This document shows, in pieces, positions 42,398 through 54,884 of a stretch of 64,000 bases of DNA. This DNA comes from Octopus vulgaris (lineage: Eukaryota), in NCBI GenBank assembly GCA_951406725.2, contig OX597824.1:33418001-33482000 (forward strand), read 5' to 3'. The first letter of the stretch is position 1. Each line of letters begins with the position of its first letter. The translations under genes were made by a program, and so were the position numbers. The notes below the pieces were generated by a model. That model had not been told where the DNA came from and did not search any database. It saw nothing but the letters and a program-made list of their open reading frames with translations.

Positions 42398-42430
<33 letters not shown>

Positions 42431-42711
42431 TAAATAGTTCTCGTGTTAATTCAGATAGAATTGGAAAGTGTTAAAATAAATGAGGTGGGAGGGAACGAAT
42501 GAATTTATCTACCAATACAATATTGCTTTGTTTGTCACAGCATCTGTTTGAATATTACGCTTTTAACAGCCTTAAAATTATTGCAATGAAATCGAGGTCC
42601 AATAGAATCAATGTCAGAGAAATCAATAAATTTACTCATCGATATAGTAAATATATAGAATTTGGAGATTTTGCAAGTGTCATTATTGATTAAGGTATTA
42701 AATAATACAGA

Positions 42712-43487
42712 AGGCGGCGAGCTGGCAGAAACATTACCACGCGGGAGAAATGCTTAGTGATATTTCGTCTGCCGTTACGTTCTGAGTTCAAATTCCACCG
42801 AGGTCGACTTTACCTTTCAGCCTTTCAGGGTCGATAAATTAAGTAACAGTTACGCACTGGGGTCGATATAATCGACTTAATCCGTTTGTTTGTCCTTGTT
42901 TGTCCCCTGTGTGTATAGCCACTTGTGGGCAGTCAAGAAATAGGTATTTCGTCTGCTTTTTACGTTCTGAGTTCAAATTCCGCCGAGGTCGACTTTGCCT
43001 TTCATCCTTTCGGGGTCGATAAATTAAGTAACAGTTACGCACTGGGGTCGATATAATCGACTTAATCCGTTTGTCTGTCCTTGTTTGTCCCCTGTGTGTA
43101 TAGCCCCCTGTGGGCAGTCAAGAAATAGGTATTTCGTCTGCTTTTTACGTTCTGAGTTCAAATTCCGCCGAGGTCGACTTTGCCTTTCATCCTTTCGAGG
43201 TCGATTAAATAAGCACCAGTTACGCACTGGGGTCGATATAATCGACTTAATCCGTTTGTCTGTCCTTGTTTGTCCTCTCTGTGTTTAGCCCCTTGTGGGT
43301 AGTAAAGAAATAGGCATTTCTCCCAGCCTTTACATTCTGAGTTCAAATTCCGCCGAGCTTGACTTTGCATTTCATCCTTTCGAAATCGATAAAATAAGTA
43401 ACAGTTGATCATTTAGGGTCAATCTAATTGACTAGTCCGTTTCCCCCAAAATTTCAAGTCTTGTGCCTATAATGGAAAGAATTATTA
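42712..43487 (+). mobile_element. SINE-A tetramer (head, A1, A1, A1, A2), period about 185 bp
   Basis: Junctions gaaataggtatttcg at about 42940 and 43126, and gaaataggcatttc at about 43310. Confidence 0.93.
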
Positions 43488-44149
43488 AATATATATATTG
43501 CAATAATACAACATTGGCATTTAACGCCGGGTAAATTCTAATCGAGGGCGTTCCAGCCGTGACAGTCTTGTTTAGAGATGGAATGTAGCTCGGACTACAA
43601 TGTCTAATCTCTCTTTACCGTTTCTCTCTTTCTTTTCTTCTTTGAGGGAGATTTTGCTGCTATTTCTAGCAGTCGAACAACCACGTAGAAGGCTCCCTTT
43701 TTTCAGATAACGACATTCATATGTATTCATGTTTGTAATGAGGTGTGTATGTAGTAGATACATTATCATATTTTTTCCCATTCAAAGAACATTTCACTCA
43801 TCCCATCTCGTCTCGTCTCGTCTTCTTCCATCAATAAAAACAGTAGCAACAGACAATAAAGCAAGAGAACAAGCATTCAAAGCTTGTACAACACGCATGG
43901 GTCGGAGTGTTACATTGAAAAAAAAAAAGGGAAAAAAAGAAGATCTACAACGCTGCTGTGCAGTGTAAGCTGTGGCTGAACCTGATTTTTATGACAGTAG
44001 CGGAATATCGGAGAATAAGAAAACAACGAGGGTGGCGGTAACAGGTTGCATTTTAATGTCAATATGGATAGGAATAATAGAGGAGGTAGCAGTAGTAATC
44101 GGGATTTGCAACGTTTTTATTCAATCATGACATTCTCAACTCTATGAAT

Positions 44150-44170
44150 TGCCAGATGAGTAGCAGTAGC

Positions 44171-44217
<47 letters not shown>

Positions 44218-44505
44218 CCACAGCAGTAGCAGTAATAGTAGCAGTTGTAGTGTCTGTGGTAGTGGGAGGAGGGGGGGAAGGTTGAATGGAGTTTGTTATT
44301 GTTGTTGTTGTTGTTGTCGTTGTTGTTGCTTAGCTCTGGGTCAAATCCTGATCCAGCCCGAAAATCAAAGGCCTTCTCGTCACGACCAAATCCTATCGTT
44401 TTTTTTTTTAAGGTCGTGTGGGAGGTGGGGGTGGGGGTGGGGGAGGACTACATTGTCTTGGAATGTTCGTTTGTTCTCTTCTTTCTTTTAAGATGGTATG
44501 GATGA

Positions 44506-44537
<32 letters not shown>

Positions 44538-44691
44538 GGTGTGTTGTGTAAGTCGACGGCGGTTTGGCTGCTATTTCTAGCGGGTCGAGTGACCAGGTAG
44601 AAGATTCGTAGTAGTAGTAGTAGTAGTAGTAGTAATGGTGGTGGTGGTGGCTATGGCGGCGGCGGAAGCAGCAGCAGCAGTAGTTGTAGTT

Positions 44692-44740
<49 letters not shown>

Positions 44741-45470
44741 CAGTAGTAGTTGCGGCGGTGGCAGTAGTGGTCGACAATCCAATGTTGCCATTCTTTGTCA
44801 AAAATTCTATTTTAGCAGCGAAATCCTTCGGGTCCACTGTCTTTCCTTCTTCTTCTTCTTCTTCTTCTTCTTCTTCTTCTTCTTCTTCTTCTTCTTCTTC
44901 TTCTTCTTCTTCTCTCCTTCTACTACTGCTACTACTTTTCTTCATTTGTTTCTCTTTCTTCCTTTACTCCTCCTCTTCCTCCACCTCTTTCATTCTCTCC
45001 TCCTCCTTCTTCATATTCTTCCTAATCCTCCTCCTCCTCCTTCTCCTTCTTCCATCTCCTCCTTCTCCTTCTCCTGCTTCTCCTTCTTCATCCACATCCT
45101 CCCCCCTTCCCTCCTCTTCTTCCCTCTCCTCTTTCTCCCTCTCCTTTTTCTTCTTCTTCTTCTTCTTCTTTTTTCTTCTTCTTCATCATCATCATCATCA
45201 TCATCAGTAACAACAGCAACAGCAACAGATGGCACGAATTTGGTAATTGTTATGAATGAAAATATGCAAATATATGCTAATTTGTCCAAAAGGCGTGTAT
45301 TCCAGAATGTAAATGTGAATTAGAATTTTAAAATATGCAAATACATGAATATAAATATTTACAACTTTATTATTATTTATGGATACATAAATAACAACAT
45401 CACCAGCAGCAACAACAACAACAGCAGCAATAACAACAACAACAGTAGCAACAACAATAATAATAATTCT
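44150..45470. repeat. Trinucleotide repeat region: (AGT)n, (TTG)n, (TTC)n, (TCC)n, (CAA)n
   Basis: Seen directly. Confidence 0.9.
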
Positions 45471-45964
45471 TTGGAATTCAGAAAATTTACTAATAAAATT
45501 TTATAATCCTGCTTTGTTTACAATAAATAATGACACCTAGTCAACGAGAGAGAGAGAGAGAGAGAGAGAGAACTGGTCGCGGGATTTGCTAAAAATATCA
45601 ACCAAATCTCCCTTAAATTATTGATCACTTTGTTTCAAATAAAGAACGAACACCATTATTGTAACTTAGTCGTAAGGCCACTCCGAAAGACGTGATGGTT
45701 ATGGCTGGAACGTATTTAAACAATAAGATCTGCCCGATCAACGTTCACTTAGGGCTAAGCACCACCAACAACAACAACAAGAACAACAAGTAGTGGCCTT
45801 AATTAGTACTGATTGGAATTCATTTTTAGAAACTAATAAAAAATGGATAATTCTTTAAATAGAAAAGCGCGTAGCAACTCTGTTCGAGTGATATATTTAG
45901 TAGCGTGTAATAAACTTTTTATGAGTTCACACGGACGCACATACATCTGCGCACACGCACGTTC

Positions 45965-45973
45965 ATACGTATG

Positions 45974-46007
<34 letters not shown>

Positions 46008-46890
46008 TGTATGTATGTATGTATGTATGTATGTATGTATGTATGTATGTATGTTTGTATGTATGTATGTATGTATGCATGTATGTATGTATGCATGTAT
46101 GTATTATGTATGTATATATGTATATGTATGTATGTATGTATGTATGTATATATGTATGTATGCATGCATGTATGTATGCATTATGTATTATATATGTATG
46201 TATTATTATGTATGTATGTATTATGTATGTATGTATGTGTGTGTATGTAAGTACGTATGTATGTATGTACGTACGTACGTATGTATGTACGTATGTATGT
46301 ATGTATGTATGTATGTATGTATGTATGTATGTATGTATGCATGTATGTATGTATGTATGTATGTATGTATGTATGTATGTATGTATATATATGTATGTAT
46401 GTATGCATGTATGTATGCATGTATGTATTATGTATGTATGTATGTATGTGTATGTATATATATATATGTATGTATGTATGCATGTATGTATGTATGTATG
46501 CATGTATGTATTATGTATGTATGTATGTATGTATGCATGCATGCATGTATGTATGTATGTATGTATGTATGTATGTATGTATGTATGTATGTATGTATGT
46601 ATGCATGTATGTATTATGTATGTATGTATGAATGTATGTATTATGTATGTATGCATGTATGTATGTATGTATGTATGTATGTATGTATGTATGTATGCAT
46701 GTATGTATGTATGTATGTACGTATGTATGCATGCATGTATGTATGCATGTATGTATGCATGTATGTATTATGTATGTATGTATGTGTTATGTATGTACGC
46801 ATGTATGTATGTACGTACGTACGTATGTATGTATGTATGTGTATGTATGTAGGTATGTATATAGGTATGTATGTATGTATGTATGTATGT
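45965..46890. repeat. ~0.9-kb degenerate (TATG)n array
   Basis: Seen directly. Confidence 0.97.
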
Positions 46891-46974
46891 TCTTTTTCAC
46901 TTTTTAATTTAGAGTAAATTTTGACCGGCCACCGACTTGGTAGCAAGATTGTAAAGGAAAGCATCTTGCTTTGT

Positions 46975-47400
46975 CCATCATCCTTTAAATCTTAAAAGTC
47001 TTGCAAATTTTTATAGTCCCACATATCGAGATCATATGTAATGTATGAATTAAGCGTTTGCGTTCTCTCCCCAAGATCCCTACTTCAACCATATTTTGCT
47101 CCCAATTGGATTGGTATGTGTCCTGTCGCTGCAATAATAATGGTATGAGGCTGAAAGTGTACCGTGGGTACTGGGTTTGCAAACTCCTTATCAATGGTCC
47201 ATAGATGTCCTCCTTCTGCTGTATTTTTCTAACTACATTGATGTCCAAAGAACAGATGATTTCCAGAACAGAACATATCTTTTCCTTGTGGTCCCATACA
47301 ATATCTGACCAGTTGTATCTTAACTTGGTTGTTGTTTTAACTTTTAAGCTCCACCAAAATTGTTTTGACCCATCGGTTTCAATATAGTCAACTTCATATA
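46975..47400 (-). mobile_element. RLE-type non-LTR retrotransposon C-terminus (R2-group, clade uncertain); related fragment at 58960-59200
   Basis: WWSLKVKT...SDIVWDHKEKICSVLEIICSLDINVVRKIQQKEDIYGPL...GTIKICKTF; 58960-59200 gives YWWSVPVK...HDIMIWNREEKLCTVVEISC. Confidence 0.7.
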
Positions 47401-47466
47401 TAGTTGTTTTCTTTTTTGTGTTGTTCTAGGCCGTTCTGGCCACCGTTCTGGCTTCGCAGGAACACG

Positions 47467-47497
<31 letters not shown>

Positions 47498-47844
47498 TGT
47501 ATGTATGTATGTATGTATGTAGGTAGGTAGGTAGGTAGGTAGGTAGGTAGGTAGGTAGGTAGGTAGGTAGAAAGGTGGTGAGATGGCAGAATCGTTAGCA
47601 CGCTGGGTGAAATGCTTAGCGGAATTTCGTTTGCCAAAATTGGAAACCTTTAATTCATCAATGTAGAAATTCAAAAACCAATAATGAAAATAATGATAAA
47701 AATAAAATAATACTCTAAAGCGAAGAAGCAGTAAATTTGATGGTTTTTATGCCTCCTTTTTCTTTCGATAATATCTTCATGTGCTGGTGAACGAGGAGGG
47801 GGAAGAGGAGGGGGGAAGAGGAGGAGGAGGAGGAGGAAAAGAAG

Positions 47845-48290
47845 GTACTTACTTAATTGACCCCGAAAGGATGAAAGGCAAAGTCGACCTCGTCGGAATT
47901 TGAACTCAGAATGTAGCGGCAGACGAAATACCTATTTCTTTACTACCCACAAGGGACTAAACACAGAAGGGACAAAGAAGGACAGACAAACTGATTAAGT
48001 CGATTATATCGACCCCAGTGCGTAACTGGTACTTATTTAATCGACCCCGAAAGGATGAAAGGCAAAGTCGACTTCGGCGGAATTTAACCTCAGAACGTAG
48101 CGGCAGTCGAAGGGGCCAAACACAGAGGGAACAAATAAGGACAGACAGGCGGATTAAGTCGTTTCCCTCGAGTTGACATTGCCTGTCATCCTTTCGGGGC
48201 CGATAAAATAAGTACCAGTTGAGCACTAGAGTCTATGCGATCGAATATTCCCTAAAATTGACGGCCTTCAGCCAAAATTTGAAACCGTTA
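47845..48290. mobile_element. SINE-A1 tandem fragments on minus (47845-48160) abutting an A3 fragment on plus (48170-48290)
   Basis: Family motifs and the gacgaaatacctatttc junction. Confidence 0.85.
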
Positions 48291-48439
48291 TTAGAAAGGT
48301 GAGGAATTTGCAGAATAGTTTGACCGTAGGACAAGATATTTAGTAGTATTTAATAATGGCTTTTTACAGAGCCGTTCTAAGTTCAAATGCCGGCGAGAAT
48401 ACGAAGGATGCGCCGACATGCACCTTAAGTCTTGCATCG

Positions 48440-49572
48440 CCAGACGTGAAATAACTATAACGGTATACGAGGATGACTTCTCTGCCATAGTGTCGAACAG
48501 AAGGTACATAGAAAGGCGGCGAGCTGGCAGAAAAGTTAGCACGCCGGGCGAAATGCTTAGCGGTATTTCGTCTGCCGTTACGTTGTGAGTTCAAATTCCG
48601 CCGAGGTCGACTTTGCCTTTCATCCTTTCGGGGTCGATAAATTAAGTACCAGTTACGCACTGGGGTCGATGTAATCGACTTAATACCTATGTCTGTCCTT
48701 GTTTGTCCCCTCTGTGTTTAGCCCCTTGTGGGTAGTAAAGAAATAGGTATTTCGTCTGCCGCTACGTTCTGAGTTCAAATTCCGCCGAGGTCGACTTTGC
48801 CTTTTATCCTTTCGGGGTCGATAAATTAAGTAACAGTTACGCACTGGGGTCGATATAATCGACTTAATCCGTTTGTCTGTCCTTGTTTGTCCTCTCTGTG
48901 TTTAGCCCCTTGTAGGTAGTAAAGAAATAGGTATTTCGTCTGCCGCTACGTTCTGAGTTCAAATTCCGCCGAGGTCGACTTTGCCTTTCATCCTTTTGGG
49001 GTCGATAAATTAAGTACCAGTTACGCACTGGGGTCGATATAATCGACTTCATCCGTTTGTCTGTCCTTGTTTGTCTGTCCTCTGTGTTTAGTCCATTGTG
49101 GTTAGTAAAGAAATAGGTACATAGACCTGGTCGACACTGATCTAAAAGAATACGAGGCGGTGACAGGAACAAAAATTAACCAAGAAAAGTCAGTAAGCCT
49201 GCAGCTCAGCACCTTGAGAGGCAGTTCCATGCAATCCAGTAATGTCGTGGGACACTGGGCAGAGGGACAAGTTAAATTGCTTGGCATCTGGTTTGGTCCA
49301 GATCTCCAGGTTGAGAACTGGGAAGAGGTAACGAGCAAGGTGGCCAATCTCACCCAGAAATGAGCCGAGAGAATGCTATCATTGAACGGTCGGGCAGAGG
49401 TGACGAATGCTTACATCGCCTCTGTCATATATTACCGCATGACCATCATGCTTTACCTCAGTTTACGTTTGACTAGAGTGGAGAACGTACTCTTCTGCTC
49501 TCTGTGGAGAGGGCGTGTTCCACTGGTGGGGCGCTCAATTTGCTGTCAGCGCTCACTGAATGGAGGGCTGGG
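48440..49572 (+). mobile_element. Tx1/L1-type LINE reverse-transcriptase fragment interrupted by a SINE-A1 trimer
   Basis: Removing the insert restores the frame: VYEDDFSAIVSNRRYIDLVDTDLKEYEAVTGTKINQEKS...VKLLGIWFG...NWEE...LSLNGRA...LWRG...GGLG. Confidence 0.85.
48513..49118 (+). mobile_element. SINE-A1 trimer with an 11-bp outer TSD
   Basis: aggtacataga at 48502-48512 and 49115-49125. Confidence 0.95.
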
Positions 49573-49711
49573 CTCCTTAGATTTTCTTTTCATCTTTCTG
49601 GGCCCCATTTCAAGTTACTGCCCAGTAATTTGAGATCAATTGCAAATTACCCTCGGGCGTGATCTGAACCTAATTTCAAATTACCCTTGCACTTTTCACA
49701 TTACTCTCTCC

Positions 49712-49743
<32 letters not shown>

Positions 49744-50461
49744 TTTCTCTAAAATGATGAATTCTAACGCTTAAAACTCATGATACGTTTATAGCATTAA
49801 ACACGTGTAACATTGTTGCATGTGTTTAATATCATATATCACATGCTTTGAGTTGTAAGCAAATTTTAATACATAAACATAGAAGAAAATACTGGATTGT
49901 TAAACATCCCCTACCATTTATGCGATGAATTTAAAAAACAGTTTGATCATCAGAAATTCTGAATGTTCAATTTTTTAAAATCAAGACCTTAATGAGAAAC
50001 TGATTTGGATTAGAAGAGTTACAGCTTTATTTTTTTTTCTTTATTCTTTTTTTATAATAAATATGTTTCTTTTGTGTTTGAAGTGTGTAAATGTGTATTT
50101 TGCTTGCATTTAAAACCATTAGTTTGTTTTCTTTTCTGATAATTTAAAACTGTTATTTCAGTTCGAATTTATTAAAAATAAAATGAAATTGCAAATATAT
50201 TTATACATCTTCAAATGTGATCGAAATATATATTATGCAAAACAAAATATGTACATATGTAGGTGTTTTAAACGGAAACAAAAGATATTTATATACAAAG
50301 TAATATATATATATATTAATACACTTTAAACGCAGTACAAAGCGAAATATATTTATACATTTTAAATGGAAACGGAATTTATTTATGTACGAAATGAAAT
50401 ATAATTAAATACTTTATTGGTGGTTATTTTGAGTTACAGAAAAAAAATTTATAACAATGAC

Positions 50462-50684
50462 AATCCGTTCTACCATAGGCATAAAGCCTGAAATTTTGTG
50501 GGAGGGGCCAGCCGATTACATCGATCCCAGTGCGTAACTGGTACTTATTTAATCGACCACGAATGGATGAAAGGCAAAGTCGACCTCCGCGGAATTTGAA
50601 CTCAGAACGTAGCGGTAGACGAAATACCTATTTCTTTACTACCCACAAGGGGCTAAACACAGAGGGAACAAGCAAGGACAAACA

Positions 50685-50685
<1 letters not shown>
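50462..50685 (-). mobile_element. SINE-A2 body with an A1 tail fragment joined at the internal GGTA
   Basis: gacgaaatacctatttctttact junction at about 50620-50640. Confidence 0.85.
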
Positions 50686-50734
<49 letters not shown>

Positions 50735-51395
50735 TAAAAATAATTATAATAATAATAATTTTCTTTTTAAAAGTTTTGCTGTGGTTTAAAAAGAAAAGAA
50801 AAATTGCAAAAGAAAAAGAAACAGAAATTCAGAAATTCAAAATTCCAGCAAGGTGAACATCTCTTCCTCCTACTATTCCCAAAGACTGGAATATCTACGA
50901 TTTCCTGTGAATAATTTAAATCTTCCTCAAAATAAAATAAGTTAGGAAACTTACATACCTACAGCTTCCGAACACACAAACGATCAGCTTAAATGCCTTT
51001 AATATCTACAACTACTGTGTGAATACTTATCCTTTCTTCTCTGCCTGAGCATTCGAAAATGTAAACATCATCTTCCTTTTTATTCTAAGAACACTACCAT
51101 TTCTCTCTGTGCGGTCATACAGAAGACCATATTTAGTAAATCTTAAAACTTTACTATCAACAACTTGTTTTCTTTTCTTTTTGATTCTCCCTGAGTATTC
51201 GAAAATGTAAGCATCCGTTTCATTGCAAAAGTCCTACTGTATTCTCCAACTGGACAGACAAACGAACATCTCAAGAAAACTGAAAAACTTTAATATATTA
51301 CTCAAATATGTAAACACACCTTTTATTGCAACAATACAATTGAATTCAGAAATTCAAAAATTCATCGACGTGAATATCAGTATGTATGTGTGTGG

Positions 51396-51519
<124 letters not shown>

Positions 51520-52099
51520 ATTACTATTGTTTTTTCCACCAGTAATTACAAATAGAACAGGTTGAATTGCTTCTTTTCAAGGCAGCGCTCACAGTGGCTA
51601 CTGGTAGTAGGTAGTAAACACATTTGGCCTCTGCTGACCCAAAGGGTGCGAAGATTCCTTTGTCTCTATGACTGACGTCCCCACCATCTGCCGAATCTAG
51701 GATATGATCTATTCACCAAACTGCTACCTAACTATTTCCTCGAACAATGGTAGTGGTGGGGATGGTGATAATTAAAAACATAAAAATAATAATAAATGCT
51801 GCAGCTGCTAAATACTACTAACACTACAATAATACTACAACTACTACTATTATGATAGCACAGGACTCTTAGGCCCAACTACCACCCTTACCACTACCCC
51901 CACTCCTGCTACTGTTGCTGTTGCAGCAACCACTGCTGCTACTACACATAAAAACAATAATATCAGTGATATCAGTGATGTTGATAATAATAATAATGAA
52001 AGGAAACGGGTGGAGCCTCCTCCTCCTCATGGGCTGATTAATGATACATCTAGTGATGGTGTCACAATAAAAACACTGGTAATTGCGCAACCTGTTAAT

Positions 52100-53901
52100 C
52101 GCTACCTCATATGAGTGACAATGAAAAAAGAAAATGTTGTGAATGACGGTGGTAATGAAACTGAAGCCAGTGCTGGTGACAGTGTTACAACCGGTTGGCT
52201 CAGAATTTCTGGTCCGGCTCCAGCCTGTCGATATCTAGAAAGGAACCACCATACACGGCGTAGATGGGGCAAGCAAATTAATGCTATGGTCATCGAGTGT
52301 TACTACCTGAGCAGCCCGGTAGATGAAAATGGTGCTCAAATTAGGGGTTACCGACAACATATGTATCATTATTGGAGAGAAAAGGGATTGCTTCAACTCA
52401 CGGAGAAGAGACTATATGATCAAGCTAGAGCAATAAGAAAAAAATGTTGGTTCACAGAAGTAGAGCTCGAAGCTATCAAAAGATGGGTCTTGAAAAATAG
52501 CAACAGAGATAACAATGAAAATACAGTTGTTACTAATAAGACTAATCCCATAGCACAGGAAAGGAGCAGTGGTAGTTTACTTGATGAGAGACATATAGAT
52601 GATCGGAAAGAAGACAATAAAACCAATGGCGACATCACAGATGAACAAAAGGCAATCTACGACAGAATAAAGGCAAGACTACAGGAGAACGACAGCGACA
52701 TTATTTGCAACCTTAAAAAGTTGATCGATGGAAATTGAACCAAGAAACGAAAAATGTCAATGAAATTCTGAAATACATCAGAACAAACAACATCACAGAA
52801 ACAGATAATTTGATCAAGTAATGTTGTAGCAGAAAAGGTCGATGTTGATGTCAAGAAAAAGAAATATAATGGGAATGACAAAAGAAAAGATCCATGGTGG
52901 AAAAGAAGAATCCAGGCAGGGTTAGACATGCTCTCGAAAGAAATCTCTGTGTTAGACCGAAAAGAGAAAGGGGAGCTTAAAAGCGAACAAAAAAGTACAG
53001 GGCGCTGAATAGGAAGTATAATATTGAAAGAAAGGGCCTGAAAGTAGTAATGGAGGAACTGAAACAGCGCCTCGTTGCAAAGAAAGCAAAGATGGTAAGA
53101 TACGACCAAAGAATGAAAGGTTACCACGAGAATAGGTCATTCAGAGTAAATCAAAAGAGATTCTATAAAGAAATAAATGGAGAGTGTACAGATGAAAAGT
53201 TGATACCAGATAACAATGAAAGTCAAAGGTTTTGGAGTGACATCTGAAGCAAAGACAAGGAGCACAAGAAGGATGCTGAATGGTTGCAAGAACTGAAACA
53301 AACAGTAATCTGTCCAAAACAGACAGAACTAGTCATTTCAGTTGGGGAAGTGAAGGAAATCAGCAAAAAAATAAGCAACTGAAAGGCCCAGGGACCAGAT
53401 GGAGTTCAAGACTACTGGATCAAAAGATTTGGTGAATACCATGCACGAATAGCTGTGCAACTCAACACCTTGTTAAATGCCGACCAAGTAACACCAGAGT
53501 GGTTGATATTAGGTAGGACAGTGCTGTGCCTGAAAAACATCGAAAAAGGCAATACAGTAGGCAATTACTGGCCGATATCCTGTTTGCCACTTATGTGGAA
53601 GTTATTGACTGGAAAAAAATGGAGTCCTGCCACATGAGTAAAAGGGTTGCAAGCTTAAGTGCAGAGGTACCAAGGACCAACTCCTGATAGACAAAACTAT
53701 ACTTAGAGACTGCAAGAGGAGGAAAAGTAACCTAGCCATGTCATGGATCCCACATTCTTCGATTATGGAGTGTATGAACCTATTTGGTATTGCATCGAAT
53801 GTTGAGCGATTGCTTGGAAAAAGTATGGCGAATTGGAGGACGTACCTGACAGCATACGGAAGAAGTTTAGGGACAGTAGAAATTAGGAGGGGCATCTTCC
53901 A
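52100..53901 (+). mobile_element. R4/Dong-like LINE, 5' half (N-terminus to RT motif IRRGIF), pseudogene
   Basis: VIECYY...GYRQHMYHYW...RLYDQAR.I; PWWKRRI; KAPGPDG; NYWPISCLPLMWKLLTG; RGTKDQLLIDK; IPHS.IMEC; VEIRRGIF; contains stops and frameshifts. Confidence 0.9.
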
Positions 53902-54430
53902 CGGCCACATTGGCACGTACGGAAAATCTAGTCGGTACCTGTCAGACAGTAGGAAATGTTGAGCAGGTTTGCGAGACTTTTACCATCCCCTCTTTTATCC
54001 GCTAGCACCACAGTGTCCAAACGTTCTAGTCACCCTCTAACACTAAAGGTCGGGACGTTGCTAGCAAAACCTCCAGACGTCTGAAGAAATCTGGCTGTCC
54101 TGTTCCTCTCGGAGAGTAAACAGCCATCAGTATGAGGCACCCCGTCACTACTGTTCACATCGAGGACCATTAATTTACCTTCTGGGTTCAACAATATAGT
54201 CTTTAATCTTGGGATAAAGGCCTCTCTGGATCAACACCGCGGTCCCACCTCCCGTTTCTGGCTGACATGGAAATAAATACATCTTGTATCCACCGATAAT
54301 GGACATGAAAGCTCGTTGTCTGGAGAGTCTGGTTTCACTGATGGCCACGACATCAACAGTTTGTGAACTGAGGTCGTTGAGTAAATGACATTGTTTCCAG
54401 GCCACGTGCATTTAAAATACCTTCTCTGAG
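53899..54430 (-). mobile_element. Tx1/L1-type APE endonuclease fragment
   Basis: VDVVAISETR...GGGTAVL...AVYSP...DFFRRLE...LEGD.N...LSDRYRLDFPYVPMWPW. Confidence 0.75.
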
Positions 54431-54884
54431 CAAGTCCATATTAGATTTAAGATTAAGGTATAGAAGCAGAAAAGGCTACTTACTGCTGAAGTAGTTCTGT
54501 TTTCATCGGTGGTGAAGTATTTAGTTTCATCTGCGGTGGTGCTAGTTTCAGCCATAATTGTGTTAGCGAGATTCTACGTGGTCTATATGTATATTTTAAA
54601 ATCTGTTCAGGATAGCGCTACGATGGGGAATTAAAGGTATTTCCCTTTTTAATTGTTGGAGAAACAAACCAGTTACCGATTTAAGCGGGAGGAGCCGACA
54701 GAGGAAGGCATTCAAAACGAACTTTTAAAACGGTTCTCTACACCTGCAGGTCCGATGTTGACGGCGCCATCATGTATGTATGTATGTATGTATGTATGTA
54801 TGTATGTATGTATGTATGTATGTATGTATGTATGTATGTATGTATGTATGTATGCATGAATGTATGTATGTATGTATGTATGTA

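Noticed and set aside
42712-43487. ~185-bp tandem units as a retrozyme or CRISPR-like array
   Set aside because: No CUGANGA/GAAA core on either strand, no unique spacers and no cas genes; the units are SINE bodies
44577-45323. Poly-E/T/S/V ORFs with a short unique stretch (GKTVDPKDFAAKIEF)
   Set aside because: Trinucleotide repeats open several frames on both strands; no domain or splice support
51044-51215. 26-bp imperfect direct repeat cctgag.attcgaaaatgtaa.catc
   Set aside because: Short, two copies, no element hallmarks; likely an old local duplication
53899-53908. HGH after IRRGIF as a mutated QGD
   Set aside because: These bases read MWPW on the minus strand and fit the adjoining Tx1-type APE fragment better, so the R4 half ends at about 53901
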